Assembly (NCBI GenBank): GCA_053919585.1 | Contig: CM132792.1 | Reading direction: 5' to 3' (one strand) | DNA: 64,000 bases | DNA from: Euprymna scolopes | Lineage: Eukaryota | Shown: positions 1 to 12,956 of the stretch, in pieces | Numbering within the stretch: position 1 is the first letter of the stretch | Layout: every line of letters starts with the position of its first letter | Notes under the pieces: generated by a model | The model's database searches: none | What the model saw: the letters and a program-made list of their open reading frames with translations, nothing else | Told to the model about the DNA's origin: nothing | Made by a program: the position numbers and the translations under genes

Positions 1-1167
1 AAGGGTGTCTGCATATTTCGTTACATTACAATGATATTTGGAGAGTACGAGTAACCACAAACAAAGAAGGACGTTATGTCATTAATCGCTGTTGATGAAG
101 ACCACACAGATCACTGGTTTAAAAGCTAAGTTCAGAATGTACTATCTGGTGTTATGCCACATTTTACCATATACTTTCCTCGCTCAATGAATAAAACTTT
201 CTAGACTAGGGTCAATTTTCTTTATTTCTGTTCTCATCCACAGTGTTACATTTGGGGGACTCTGATCGTCCCTACCCTAAAAACCGATCTTATGTCTAAC
301 TATGTGCTCCTGGGGAGGCAATTAAATAGGAGCATGACTGGTGTGTCTCTGATGATGCTATAAATTACATTTGACTTAGTTGAAAGTGTGGTAGACTTGG
401 ATCTACCGTACTCTCTCGTCAAGAAACACTTGATCCTGCTGGCAATACGGGACAAGACGACCAAGTGTGATACTAGATGCAGTAGTTGTCTTCAACACAT
501 ACGGCGTCTTTCCCCCAAATAATCACCCATTAGGTATTGGCCAGCTTCATCGTTGCTTAAAGTCAGGCAACAAATATAGATTGTTTTGTTTGTAAAAAAG
601 AATGAGACACTTATAAAATTGATTATATCCTTAATCGTCAGCACAAACGTCAAAAATACATGGACATGACTAAATGAACTTCATGTAATCCCGTAAAGGC
701 TAGAGTATTTTCTTCAAAACTGTCATTAAATTTGGATTTTTTAAAAATTTTCCTCTATATACCTCGCTGTTGTCAAACCCTATTTCCTTAAACTGACCAC
801 TTTGAGTTGCTTAAATACCATTAATGCTAATTCAATTAGATTGCGTTAATATTTTTCCTAATGGGTTTAGGCCACTGGATTGACAGTTTCAGGCTGCTGT
901 TTCCGACTGATTGTACAGAAGCCCTAACTCTGTGGTAGTGCTTGCAGCGGCTGCTCCATCATCAGTTGTAAAATATCGGTATGTTGGTAGTGCCATGTTG
1001 TGCATCGAGAGGGAACATGCACCAATTTTCGGTAGGCTGTCTTGATGGCACAATCCTGTAGATGAGAAATTGAACGTTAGTCTACTTGTGTTGCACGTTT
1101 GGTATTCTGCTACACAGCTTTGTTCAGCACCTCTCACCCTTTAACTGAAACTTTTAAATAAAAGAAA

Positions 1168-2523
1168 ATGGCAGTTCAGTCGAAAATTAGGATTAAACCA
1201 GGCTTAAACTAAAACCAAACCAATTCCCCTCTTACCTTTGGGCTTGAATTCACGAATATCTGCGGGCTTAGAACTAATTTAGATTATATTGAATCATTTA
1301 TCCTACCAAACACCCCAGATATTTTGTCGCTAAGTGAAACTAACCTAAACTCTTGCATCTCTTCTAACCACTGTAACATGCCTGGTTATCTCCCACTTTT
1401 CCGTAATGATGAGACAAACATATGCACGGACTTGGAGTCTATATTCGAAACACTCTCCTCTTGACTAGAGAAACAAAACTAGCATCAGACGACCAGGCAT
1501 TTATGTGTTATAGAATTAACATGCAACATGACATTAGTTACTTATATTTTCTCTATCGCTCTCCCTCGACCGAGGACTGTGCGCTAATCGACCAAGTCTC
1601 TGATAACATAGATACAACACTCTCCTTCCATACTAACGCACAAGTGCATGCATTCGGTTACGTTAATGCCCACCACAGTAATTAGCTTCGATGCTCTACT
1701 AACACAGACGCAGTTGGTAGCATAACACGTAGCTTCTCTATATCTCAGTCCCTATCACGCATGGTTATGTTTCCGACACGTTTCCCAGACTCGCAAGATC
1801 AACGTGCCTCACTTCTAGATAAGTTTCTGACCACAGTTCCCGATGATTGTGCAATGAATGCCTATAACCCACTCACAATGCTGATCACGTCTTGATAATG
1901 GAAGAAATTGCCTTAAATTCTCGACTGGAAACTGAAGAGCCATTGCTCAAAACGACAAGGTGTTATAAGAAGGCTGGCTGGTTGGCCATCAGGGATCTCA
2001 TCAAATATGCCCCATGGGAAAATATCTTCTCTCTTTCCGATTAACATTACCCTAATGAGACAACTGCATGGTTCAAAATGGTAATGTTCCAACGCGGAAA
2101 TTCAATAGCAAACCACACTCTCCGCAATGGTTTACTTCTACTTCTGCAACTGTCATTGCTAAAAGACAGCATGCATACGCAAATTTCACCGACATAAATT
2201 CAGTGCAGACCTACAAAATTTTATAGAAGCTAGAAGAAATTGTAAAAAAGTAATTGCGATAGATGAACAGAGAATATACTTAAACATCTAGAAAATGCAT
2301 CGAAACAGAGAATTACGAATCCATGATTTATGGAAAATCTACAGCTGTGTAGTACACAATAGTTAATCAACTGTACTCCCACAATCCAACGATCATGAGG
2401 TTGTTTGCATGGCAAGCGAATAGGCTAACATTTTTGCCAGTTGGTTTGTTTCAAACTCCACATTGGACCTCGCAAATAATTCCCTCCCTGACTTTCCTTT
2501 ACCCAAAGCAACCCAGTTACTGT
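1168..2523 (+). mobile_element. Decayed CR1-type LINE, APE endonuclease plus linker region of ORF2
   Basis: Across frameshifts it reads FTNICGLRTN..PDILSLSETNL..PGYLPLFRND/MHGLGVYIR..LYRSPS..AFGYVNAHH (GDFN motif)..FPTRFPD..SLLDKFL..DH, then PQWFT. 2370-2510 is homologous to the reverse complement of 14070-14230. Confidence 0.9.
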
Positions 2524-2699
2524 AAAGTGAGGTTTGGTTTGTTTTTGAGTTTTTCCAATACTTTCTGGCTGATCTCAGCTTTTGCAGGCAACAGACATGT
2601 GAAATGGTCTACCGAAAATTCCGCTAGATATAAAACGTTTCAGAACTTGTTAACGACCGACGCGAATGTTAAATCATAATCGTCTCACATAGCCCGGTT

Positions 2700-3070
2700 G
2701 AAGCAATGTCATCACGTATAGAAAATGGGTGTTATTGGACTGAAAAAATTCGGGAGTAACTGAACGGTTTCCGCAAACTGCAAATCCATAATCTCTTACG
2801 TAGAATGCAGTCTACAAATCTACTGTGATTCGTAGTTTCATTTTCCTAAAAGCAGACCGACAGTTTTCGCATACGGCTAATCCACGCAATCGACAGTGAA
2901 AAGCTATTTCTATCTTCTGAAGAAGGCGTCGAACGGTTGTTCTTTTTCAGGGACGGAGAGTTAAAAGTCTCAATTCTGTTGCAAATCGTATCTTGCGAAA
3001 ACGCTGTATAGCTGTCAGTGTTCGGTTTATTGGTTAAGATTTTGAGCAGTATTTTCTGATTTTGCATTTG
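2700..3070 (-). mobile_element. Possible Tc1/mariner transposase N-terminal (HTH) relic
   Basis: Minus strand gives RTTVRRLLQKIE followed by a frameshifted, GRPR-like basic segment. No TIRs identified. Confidence 0.25.
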
Positions 3071-3995
3071 TTTGGTTGCTGACTTAATCTTTCTTCAGTT
3101 TTATGCCGATGTAATATTTTTCCTTGAGTTTTCGTTGTTAAAGCATGTAGCTCTTATTGCTGTTTAAACATAGTTAAACTTATATCATAAAACCCTTATT
3201 TTACAGAGTAAAATTTTTCTTACTCGGGAAATAAAATGCGTTATATTAATTAATAATTACAGTTTAACGCCGTGCGTTGCAAAAGTACGTGTTCTCTGAA
3301 AGAAAAATAATTTAGTCTATACGAGCTTATCGTTTTTATTCACTTTACTTTTAAGTGAAAACGTGTATAAACTTTAGGCAATTATTTTTTTTTTCGGTAG
3401 CTAACTAAACAACATTTTTCTCGCGTTAGTTGAAAAAATTATTTCGTAATCCGATAGATCCATTATGCAATTAGTTTTTTTTCAGTTTGTTGAACTTTCG
3501 TTGGTAGTGCTTCCTCCAATTTCAGTTATTGAGGGTGTTTTTCTTTTTTGTAAATTTGAATGTTTGGCCTTCGGAATTTTTATTGATTGGAGTATTTTGA
3601 ATTGAAGTTTATCGTAGATTCACAGATCCTGGTTCGTTAAAATGTTTTGTCGCACAGCTGTTGTGGATATTCTCTTTTGAGTATGTGAATCTCTTCTTGC
3701 AAAGTTGTTATTGCGGGTATTACACTGGTGAAATCAAATCCCCTATGGCAAACTTGTGTGACCCTTTGATCCTTTTCAGTTGTATCTTGTTGAACTCTGG
3801 AATCTTTCAGCCGAACTTGCCGAGCTACAGACCAATTTGGAATAAAACACTTTATTTTATTCATGCAGGGATTTACTGTTCTCGTTCAATCCGCCATTAA
3901 CAGGGAAATAAGCCATAACACGGATGCATGTATGCAAACATATGCGCATGTACATAACAAGTAGGAAAGAATTACGACTTAAAATAAAGATATCA

Positions 3996-4184
3996 CGTTA
4001 CAGACATGGATAACTTGCGCGCTAATGTGCGAGGCGTGACTGGCGCTCGAGGCAAAGATCACATGAGAGACGTCAGAGCGCTAACGAGATTATAAGGAAA
4101 TAAATGTTGCTACATAAAACAAAGACGAGTTTAGTCTTCTTTGCGATGAGATATACAAAGTGTTGGTTCCCGAACAACGTAACA
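3996..4184 (+). mobile_element. Possible short LTR relic
   Basis: Ends CGTTAC...GTAACA (one mismatch from TG..CA inverted ends), internal TATAAG and AATAAA, and a PBS-like TGGCGCCG ~10 nt downstream. No TSD seen. Confidence 0.25.
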
Positions 4185-5942
4185 GTATATGATTTGGCGC
4201 CGTAAAGACCACATTAAAGAGGAAATGTTACTATGATACCATACGGCCGCAACGAAAAGGGAAAAGAAGTAACCAAACTTAGTGAACGAGCGAGAGATTA
4301 GAAGAAATAATTGTAAGTTGTGAGTAATATTGTTTGTTTTGCTTTTAATTTTTTCCTTCGACATCGATTTTTATGTTCTGTCGTACATATTTTTTTTACT
4401 TTTAAAGCGTGCTATGGTGGGCCTTGCTTTAACGGAATATTATATTTGATGTTAGATAAATTTGTTAGCATTATGACTCAGTTATTTTACATTATAGAGT
4501 CAGGTAACGAAGTAAGTAGCTTTATAAATTTCAAGTAATGCGTTAGAATAAACATGCGGAAAGGAATACATTTTAATCTTGTTTCGAGTTGTTCTAGAAT
4601 GTTCTCTCTAAAAAAAAAACTTAATGTCTTCAGTGTTTGTTTTACTGTTACTAAAATTAAAAAAAAAGAAGCGTGAAATTCTTAGCAAGAATTATGCTGA
4701 GTGACTTGTAAATATGTTTTTGAAAAGTTTCAAACCGCGTATTCAGATTTTTCTTTCTGCCATTTCATTACATAGATTCTTATAAATCTGATATCAAACA
4801 CAGAATACCTATATTTAAAGAGATTTTTAATTTTAAATATAATGGCGGTGGAGGTTTTTTAACATTCATATAAGATACTCGATGTAAATGGAGCTTTGTC
4901 CTTTAACCCTTTAATTTTTTGACATAGACGCAGAAGTTGAATAGTAACTGTGATATAAAAATAAGTGGCTACAAAGTACTTAAGATGCTACACTCCCCTA
5001 ATTCAGAAAAAAGGGAACTTCGAATTTGCCGACAGAATTATGATAACATATCAAATTTCCTGGATAGGAAATGTATATTTGCCATCAGAAGTTAATGACT
5101 AGAGTATTTATAGTTCGGGTTGTAAACAAAAGTAGCTTGGAAATTACAGGAAATTTAGAAGTAATAGGTGAATTTACAGTGCTCTTATTTAATTTTAGAG
5201 CCGTCTAAATGTAAAAAAAATGCTAAGGTCAAACAGTATTGTGAACAAAATCAGAAACTTAAACATTTGTTTCATTATACCTTGATAATCGATCAAGTCG
5301 GAAGCACGAATAATGACTCTCGTTTTTGTGTCAAGTGTCAAACTTTATTATCTCGTATAAACTCGCTAAAATGGATGGACAGTTAAGAGACAAAATAGGC
5401 CGTAATTGTCTCGAGTAATTTCATCGAAGATAGCTGACCACTTAAGAGGCCAAAAGAGGCCATAGACAAAAACCGAAATGTTAAATTAACTAGCATTGTC
5501 TCGAACAATCATGCTATATAAAACTGGTGAATTTTAGAGACGAATAAAGAATCGTAGGATTAGGATAAATTATGCTAAATAGTTTAGTAAAATAATTTCA
5601 GAAAGGACTGTTAAAAATATAGGGACGGGTAGCGTAGAAATTTATCGAGAACAACAAAAGTAATAAAATGACTCATGTTATTAGTATAGATAATTTGAAG
5701 ATTGTTGAAGAAAATAAGAATAAAAAATTCGTCTACCGAAAAAATAAGTAACCATAAAAATCTGAAAATATTAATGACAGTACAACATCTATTATGAAGA
5801 CTGTCGACAAACAAGAGATTAAATAATTGTGATTTTATCATTGCAGGGGTGAGCCGCCGTTGTCTTTAAATGTAATTACCTGGGTCATGATGATAACTGC
5901 TAATAAACAAGAAACACGCGCCAATGAATAATAGTTATGTAA

Positions 5943-5955
5943 TTCTCTCTCTCCA

Positions 5956-6012
<57 letters not shown>

Positions 6013-6053
6013 AGAGAGAGAGAGATAGCTGGATAGATAGATAGATACACACA

Positions 6054-6085
<32 letters not shown>
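5943..6085. repeat. Compound microsatellite (CT)n-(TA)n-(GA)n-(GATA)n-(TA)n
   Basis: Seen directly. Confidence 0.95.
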
Positions 6086-6088
<3 letters not shown>

Positions 6089-6171
6089 CTGCATGAATAT
6101 ATACTCTTATAATATATACCAATCTTTTTTAAGAAGTCCAATATAATTATAGAGCAATATAGTGAATCTAT

Positions 6172-6485
6172 GAAAACACTATTCCAAAATCCATGGTGTT
6201 CACCATCTTATAATTTAAATTCAAAATAGCGTAATGGAAACATAAATGTATTTGTAGCTTCTGTTCCAATTTTCGGCTTTTAATTATGTCAAATCACACT
6301 TTGGACGGATTGACTGTTGCTATTTCTTCTGATGAGTTGAGGGCATAATAGATTCCCTGATTGATAAATTAAGTGATGGATTTTGCACTACGAAAAAGAT
6401 ACTGTCTAGAATTGTAAATGTCAACTGAATTAAAAGAATAAATTATAAGGTGGTGAACATCATGAACTTTGGAATATAGTTTTTT
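6172..6485. repeat. Dispersed repeat with ~45-bp imperfect inverted ends; second copy at ~14255-14525
   Basis: 6172-6216 is approximately the reverse complement of 6438-6485. 6225-6485 aligns to 14255-14525 (e.g. tgctatttcttctgatgagtt, gtcaactgaattaaa, aacatcatgaa). Confidence 0.75.
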
Positions 6486-6494
6486 GTTATTTAT

Positions 6495-6544
<50 letters not shown>

Positions 6545-6547
<3 letters not shown>

Positions 6548-7162
6548 TTATATTAAAAAGAACTTCGTCCATCTATGTGAGTTCGTTATCTACTAACTTA
6601 GAAACGGCTAGGCTGATTTGTATTAAATTTCAAGCAAATGTACTTTATATAAGTTAAAATGTTCGTAGATATTTATCCTATCAAAATTGTCGATAATCGA
6701 ACAAATGCATGGAAAAACGAATGGTTATATTTACTAAAGTTAACATCTTACACATCCTAATATCATATCTACTTTGTGAAGTTGTATAACCACATAAGCC
6801 TAAAGATCCAGAATATAAAATCTACAGTAGGTTCTTTGATATGAAAGAAGCACGTTCAAAATGAATATTTCTTCTTAAAACCCATTTAAATTATGATGCT
6901 TGACTTTTTCATTTTAAACTTGAATTGCACTCATTATTACCACACACGCAGAAAGGTGCCGGCATATAAATACAACGGTAGGTTATTTGATATGACAGTG
7001 GCGCGTTTGAAATAAATGTGTTTGTTAAGAATACGATTGAAGCATGATACTTACTACTTGCATTCTAAACTTCAATTAAAGCAGTTATATATAAAATAAT
7101 AGTACAGCCTCCATAATAGGTGTTTCACAGTGCAATATGAACTACGCTGTATTGTGGACTAG
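6545..7162 (+). mobile_element. Non-autonomous Helitron-like repeat with two ~150-bp internal tandem units
   Basis: Homologous to 9501-10130. Units begin (t)accaca.. and end ..ttgaattgcactcattat. Ends in gtattgtggaCTAG. Confidence 0.55.
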
Positions 7163-7164
7163 CT

Positions 7165-7597
7165 TCTTCCCCACAGAAGAGATATTACGAGCCTGTCTCT
7201 GCTTTATGGTTATTTTCATGGCAAGTCCTCAGCTGAGCCTCAATCTATGGTCACCCATCGTCAAACTTAAACGAAAAACACTATCAATAATTTCTCACAC
7301 TCTTTACCTGTGCCTGAACCTGAATGTAGATTCCATGAAAAAAGCTTCTTTCTTAGAACTGCACGCCTGTGGAACTCTCTTCCGATTGCCTGTTTTCCAG
7401 CTGAATGCAATTTGATTGTCTACAAGTCCAACGTAAACAAGTTCTTGATAAACCGTCCCCTAAGTAATCCAATTTACAAAGTCCCCACTACTTATGTTTA
7501 CTACGCTATAATCACATTGACTTATGTATACCCATTAACCCTTATCCTCCAGGGGTCTCCGGACCTTGATAAGTGATGATTTCTGTGTAAAGAAAAA
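7165..7597 (+). mobile_element. CR1-type LINE 3' end (ORF2 C-terminus plus 3'UTR)
   Basis: HRRDITSLSLLYGYFHGK..SFFLRTARLWNSLPIACFPAECNLIVYKSNVN. The 3'UTR is closely similar to 31665-32045. Confidence 0.9.
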
Positions 7598-9099
7598 GCT
7601 CACTCTGAGGATGTATCTGAAACTCGTGTCTCTAACTAGAGCAGACAATCTATCGATTTGATTGAAAATGGCGAATTTATCGATTTCACAACATTCGTTG
7701 ATCTTCATTCAATTCTTGCTACGCTGTGCGTCTTAGCTAGAAAATAATAAACTAATTTATTATTTGTAATTATCAGGTCTGACATTTATTGAATTATATA
7801 CTAATTCTGTTTTGTGAGTTATTGTCGCACAACATATGCGTTGCTTCTTTTAGTAACCTGTCTCTTTGTCGTTATTCTCCGTCTTTAAGTTTTACTTCGT
7901 CTCATAATGATAAATGTTTTCACTTTCCTCTCACATGTGATCAACTACACTCGTTTTTCACAGGTTTGTGAGTTTAGCAGAAAGAATAATAAATGCAACA
8001 AGAATCGCTTAAAGAAAGTCGGAGGTTACATCGAGAAATCAGTTTTAGAAAAATACTTAAGATTACAGTCGTTCACACATCCATATGGCACGGATTTTCT
8101 TTTGCCTTTGATTTTCTGTGTGTTAGTTTATTTAATTGAATAAGGTATAGTAAATATGCTTCAATATCCACATCGTTGAAAGAGCATTGCGTGCTAAAGG
8201 CGTTAATCAATAACTTTATTATCTTGTCCGCTTTTGAATTATGGCGCCCGAATTCTTCCGGGTCTTCAAAAGAATGTCATCTTCCAGGTGATTAGTCCTT
8301 CTGTTGTGTTGGGGAATTTGTTTTTGCTGCTAGCGAGATGAGTAAATACCACGATCGATATTTTCATTCCCTTTAAATCCCCACGATATTGAATAACTAA
8401 AGGTTAATAATTTACTAAGCAAAGCTACATTTTTTGAAAAATCGATATTATACAAGAACTAATCAGAAAAAAAACAATAACGCAATCTAAAGGAAATTAT
8501 TTGAAACAAATCAAGACAATTCTCAAAATAATCATGTGAAAATGAACTCAACCATGCCAACAAAAAATTATGATTATGCAAAATATATTTGAAAACACTT
8601 TATTTTTGATTTGTAAAATATTTCTTTTTAATTATGAATCACATACTTAAATAAGTGACATAAATATATTTAAATATTGCCGTATTATTTTTGTTTTGCG
8701 ATGATTGACACTAAAATTCAAAATTATCCTTTAACCTTAAAACATTTTCCTTTAAAAATAAGAATTGAAAGAAAATAGCGAATAGTATTCAAATACGTTC
8801 GTTCCAATAGTTTAATTGACTAAACATACGAAAATAAGTTTGGCGTATGGATATGCATATACGACGAATTGCATTTAAGGTTTGACTTTCTAAAATATAA
8901 CTATTTTTTATATGCATAAATTTCTGTTCTTTTTTTTCTCAAAATAATAAAACGTCAATGCGATTTTCTTTTTAAATTCTAATCTAATTACGAAAGTAAA
9001 AATGAAGTTCGTGTGGAATTGGAAAGCATTGATACTGTTGAAGAAAATGTCCTTTCTAGCTTTAAACAAGCAGCGTATTATTCTGTGTAAAATTCTGAA

Positions 9100-9503
9100 C
9101 ATTCCGAAGCTGCATATATCAAATAAAAGTCGCAGAGAAGCGCAAGCCCTTAAATAATGATATTTTTTCTGGACCGTTTATTAAGAGTCTTTAGCCGATT
9201 ACAATAGTTTTAAAGGGACCCAAAAGGGGTCAAAATTGAAAAAATATGATATATTTGGAACATGCACCAAAGTTTATATTTAATCAGTTCATATGCGTGT
9301 CTCGTTGGTGCAATGGTAACTCCACCAGCTTTGAATGCTACACTTTTGCTTTCGGTTTCAATTCTAGTGACAGCACTTAAATACTATATGTTATACTTTC
9401 GAAATCACGCCTCTATAATAATATATACAAAATCTGGACAAATTGACATCATATTCAAGCGTATTTAACGACCGGGCAGAGTTCGACGACCCTCCCCTGT
9501 TAT
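9100..9503 (+). mobile_element. Non-autonomous Helitron-like repeat containing a tRNA-like segment
   Basis: Homologous to 24800-25176 (aaaagtcgcagag, aaatcacgcctctata, atcatattcaagcgtattt). A-box-like TGGTGCAATGG at ~9306 and B-box-like GGTTTCAATTC at ~9354. Confidence 0.55.
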
Positions 9504-10130
9504 TACATATAAAAAGGATGTGTGGGCGTGCGTTTGTGCGTGTAAGTTCGTACTTCATAGACTCTAAAAAATATTGGGAAATTTGTATGATATTTAGCAT
9601 AAATATAAATTAAGTATCTGGTAATTTCTTAGATATGTGTGTTTTTTTTAATCAGAATATCTTCGCAAAACGATAATCGACCAAATCCGAAGTAATGGCG
9701 AGATAAACGATTTTGACTAAAATTAACAAATTATACAGCCTTACATCACAAGTGAATTTGATAAATTTTATTACCACACAACTCCAAAGATCTGAGATGT
9801 AAATAAACAGTAGCGTCTTAAATATAACAGTAGCGCGTTCGAAAATAATTGTATATTAAAATAACAGTGGAACCATGACACTTTCACTTTTTAATTTGTA
9901 ATTTTGATTGCAGTCATTATTACCGCAAAAGCGTATAACATCAAATTAGAATCATTTAATATGACAGGAAGTAGATCGAAATGAATATTTTTTTAGAGTA
10001 GAAATGAACTATGATACAGAGGTCTTGCATTTGAAACTTGTAATTGCGCCATTCTATATAAAAGTAATTTACAAACTCATTAGTAAGCTACAATGTATTG
10101 TGGGTAAATCCCGTCAAGGAGGAATATGAA
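9501..10130 (+). mobile_element. Non-autonomous Helitron-like repeat with internal tandem units (same family as 6545-7162)
   Basis: Direct sequence similarity to 6545-7160. Abuts the previous element head-to-tail. Confidence 0.55.
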
Positions 10131-10350
10131 ATTACGCCCTTGTGCAGCTACATGAGATAATCAATAGATTTGATTGAAAATTGTGCGATTGCACTGATTT
10201 TATGAATGTGAAATATACGTTATTTATAATTATATACCGATCAACCTCATATATATATACATATATATATATACATACATATATATATATATATATATTA
10301 TAATATATATAATATAATATATATAGCATATAATAGATAGAATATACATG

Positions 10351-10389
<39 letters not shown>

Positions 10390-10743
10390 TTTGTTTTCGT
10401 CTGATTACTACGTTTATTTATTTGTAAAGTAATGTCTCAAATTAGCCATCATCATCATTGTCTACAGCAGAATTGTGAGTCTTATATACGAGCATTTTAT
10501 TAAAAAATGAAATCCAAGCCGTTTAAACGCTTAAATGTTTGATTTTGTTTTCGTCTTGTTTCTACGTCTATTTATTTATAAAATTGCACAAACACATAAA
10601 CGACTAACTGTCTCTACGTCGAACAGTTTGTATTGGATTGTTTTTCTTTTTTATTCATGTTACATTTCTTTAATCGTACCGATCATCACCATCACCATTG
10701 TCATCCTGATTATTGAGGATTTATGACGTTTTAATCGCTCCTG

Positions 10744-11270
10744 CATGTATATTCTATATGTAGATGTATATGCGCATGTGTATGTGCATATGTATGTGCA
10801 TGCGTATATGTGTGCCTCTATGTGTGTATGCTTGTATGTAATGTCTATGTATGTTTACCGGCATATGAATGTATGCACATATGTTTGCGTGCGTATGTTT
10901 ATTTGCATACGTATGTGGGGTGGAAAGGGTTCACGTAAGCCGTAATGAAGTCAACCCCTCTAAGAGAAGCTAATCTCTAATTTTTTAAAAAATCATAAAG
11001 CAAAAGACCAGTATCCTCATTAAGCTGGTCTGCTGTTTGACTTGTTACTGGCAATAATGGTTGTTCTTGTTGTCGGATTTAAACATTTTGAGCCGGGAGA
11101 GAGACTTAGTTGTCGTATAAAGCTAAACTCTATAATAAGATCTTTGTATAGATACTCACTCAGGCATTCAACTAATAAATAACGAAAAAAGTGTCATATG
11201 GCGTTGGGAAAATGTTGACACGTGTAGGCTTGAAACGCAGGAGATATGTAATAACTGGTTTGCCATAATC

Positions 11271-11326
<56 letters not shown>

Positions 11327-11920
11327 GTGTGTGTGGGTGTGTTTGTGTGTATGTTTATATATGTTAATTTGTATGTATGTATAACTATGTGNNNNNNNNN
11401 NNNNNNNNNNNNNNNNNNNNNNNNNNNNNNNNNNNNNNNNNNNNNNNNNNNNNNNNNNNNNNNNNNNNNNNNNNNNNNNNNNNNNNNNNNNNNNNNNNNN
11501 NNNNNNNNNNNNNNNNNNNNNNNNNNNNNNNNNNNNNNNNNNNNNNNNATGTATATCTGTGTGCATATCTATATGGGTATGTATGTATTATGTCAATTTT
11601 TATGTGTGTATGTATATATATATGTGTTTGTCTGCGTATGTGTGTGTATGTGCATGCATGCATACATATGCACGTGTATACATAGGTAGGTACATGTGTG
11701 TATGTGTGTATGTATGCATATGTGTTTAAATGTTTACGTATATGTATGTGTATATGTGTAAGTTTTCTATGTGAGTATGCATGCATGTGTATGTATACGT
11801 ATGTACATATGTGTGTATGTATTGTGTAGAAATGTATATATGTTTGTATATATGTCCGTATATGTGGATGTATATGTATATGTATATATCTACGTATGTG
11901 TATATATGCATATGTATATA

Positions 11921-11972
<52 letters not shown>
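10744..11972. repeat. Degenerate (TA)n/(TG)n/(TATG)n microsatellite field with a unique spacer and an assembly gap (11392-11548)
   Basis: Seen directly. Confidence 0.9.
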
Positions 11973-11973
<1 letters not shown>

Positions 11974-12810
11974 GGCAATGACCGTCTTGAGCATCATGTC
12001 TTCTTCATGGTGTTCAAGTCGCTGGCAGGACAAAAGCATCGTCTTCGTTCACATGGGCATCGTAGACAGAGCGTTTTAATATATATTATAGATTTTTCTT
12101 TTATATTTACCTCTCACTAATTCTATCAATAATAATTATAATATTCTTTAACCCGAAGATTATTTGCATATATTTACATATTTGTATATGTACATGTACT
12201 AAAGCACATGCTCCTCCCCATTTATGTGTGTACATATTTTGTACATGTGTATTCATGTGTATGTATTTGTGTGTTTTTGTTATTTACTTATCATAAACAT
12301 TTTCTTAATAATTATATTATTTTTTTTATTTATTATTTAATTAACTTACTGATATTCTTACTTATTTTTATATTATCAAAATAAACCTATAACGTATAAT
12401 TCACCTATTTACCCTCCTATTTTCCCCTTTTTTCTTTCAACTACAACGTCCGACGANNNNNNNNNNNNNNNNNNNNNNNNNNNNNNNNNNNNNNNNNNNN
12501 NNNNNNNNNNNNNNNNNNNNNNNNNNNNNNNNNNNNNNNNNNNNNNNNNNNNNNNNNNNNNNNNNNNNNNNNNNNNNNNNNNNNNNNNNNNNNNNNNNNN
12601 NNNNNNNNNNNNNNNNNNNNNNNNNNNNNNNNNNNNNNNNNNNNNNNNNNNNNNNNNNNNNNNNNNNNNNNNNNNNNNNNNNNNNNNNGTATCTTCTACA
12701 TGCACTTTTGTGTGTGTGTATTTTTGTGTGTATGAGTTTTATTCACTTATGATGAACCTTTCCCTAATAATTTATTAATTCATTATTTGATTAACTTACT
12801 GATATTCTTA

Positions 12811-12883
<73 letters not shown>

Positions 12884-12956
12884 ATTGCAGTGCGCAGGGT
12901 AGCGTAGATAATGTGTGGAAATAAATTTTAGGGATCGTTTGTCCAAATCTCGCACC

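Noticed and set aside
7604-7635. CTGAGGA...GAAA...GTC hammerhead-like string
   Set aside because: No stem II or stem I pairing.
8241-8251. TGGCGCCCGAA, tRNA-Lys primer-binding-site-like
   Set aside because: Only 11 nt, with no upstream LTR end or downstream gag.
11973-12077. GC-richer island between microsatellites
   Set aside because: No splice sites and no recognisable motif.
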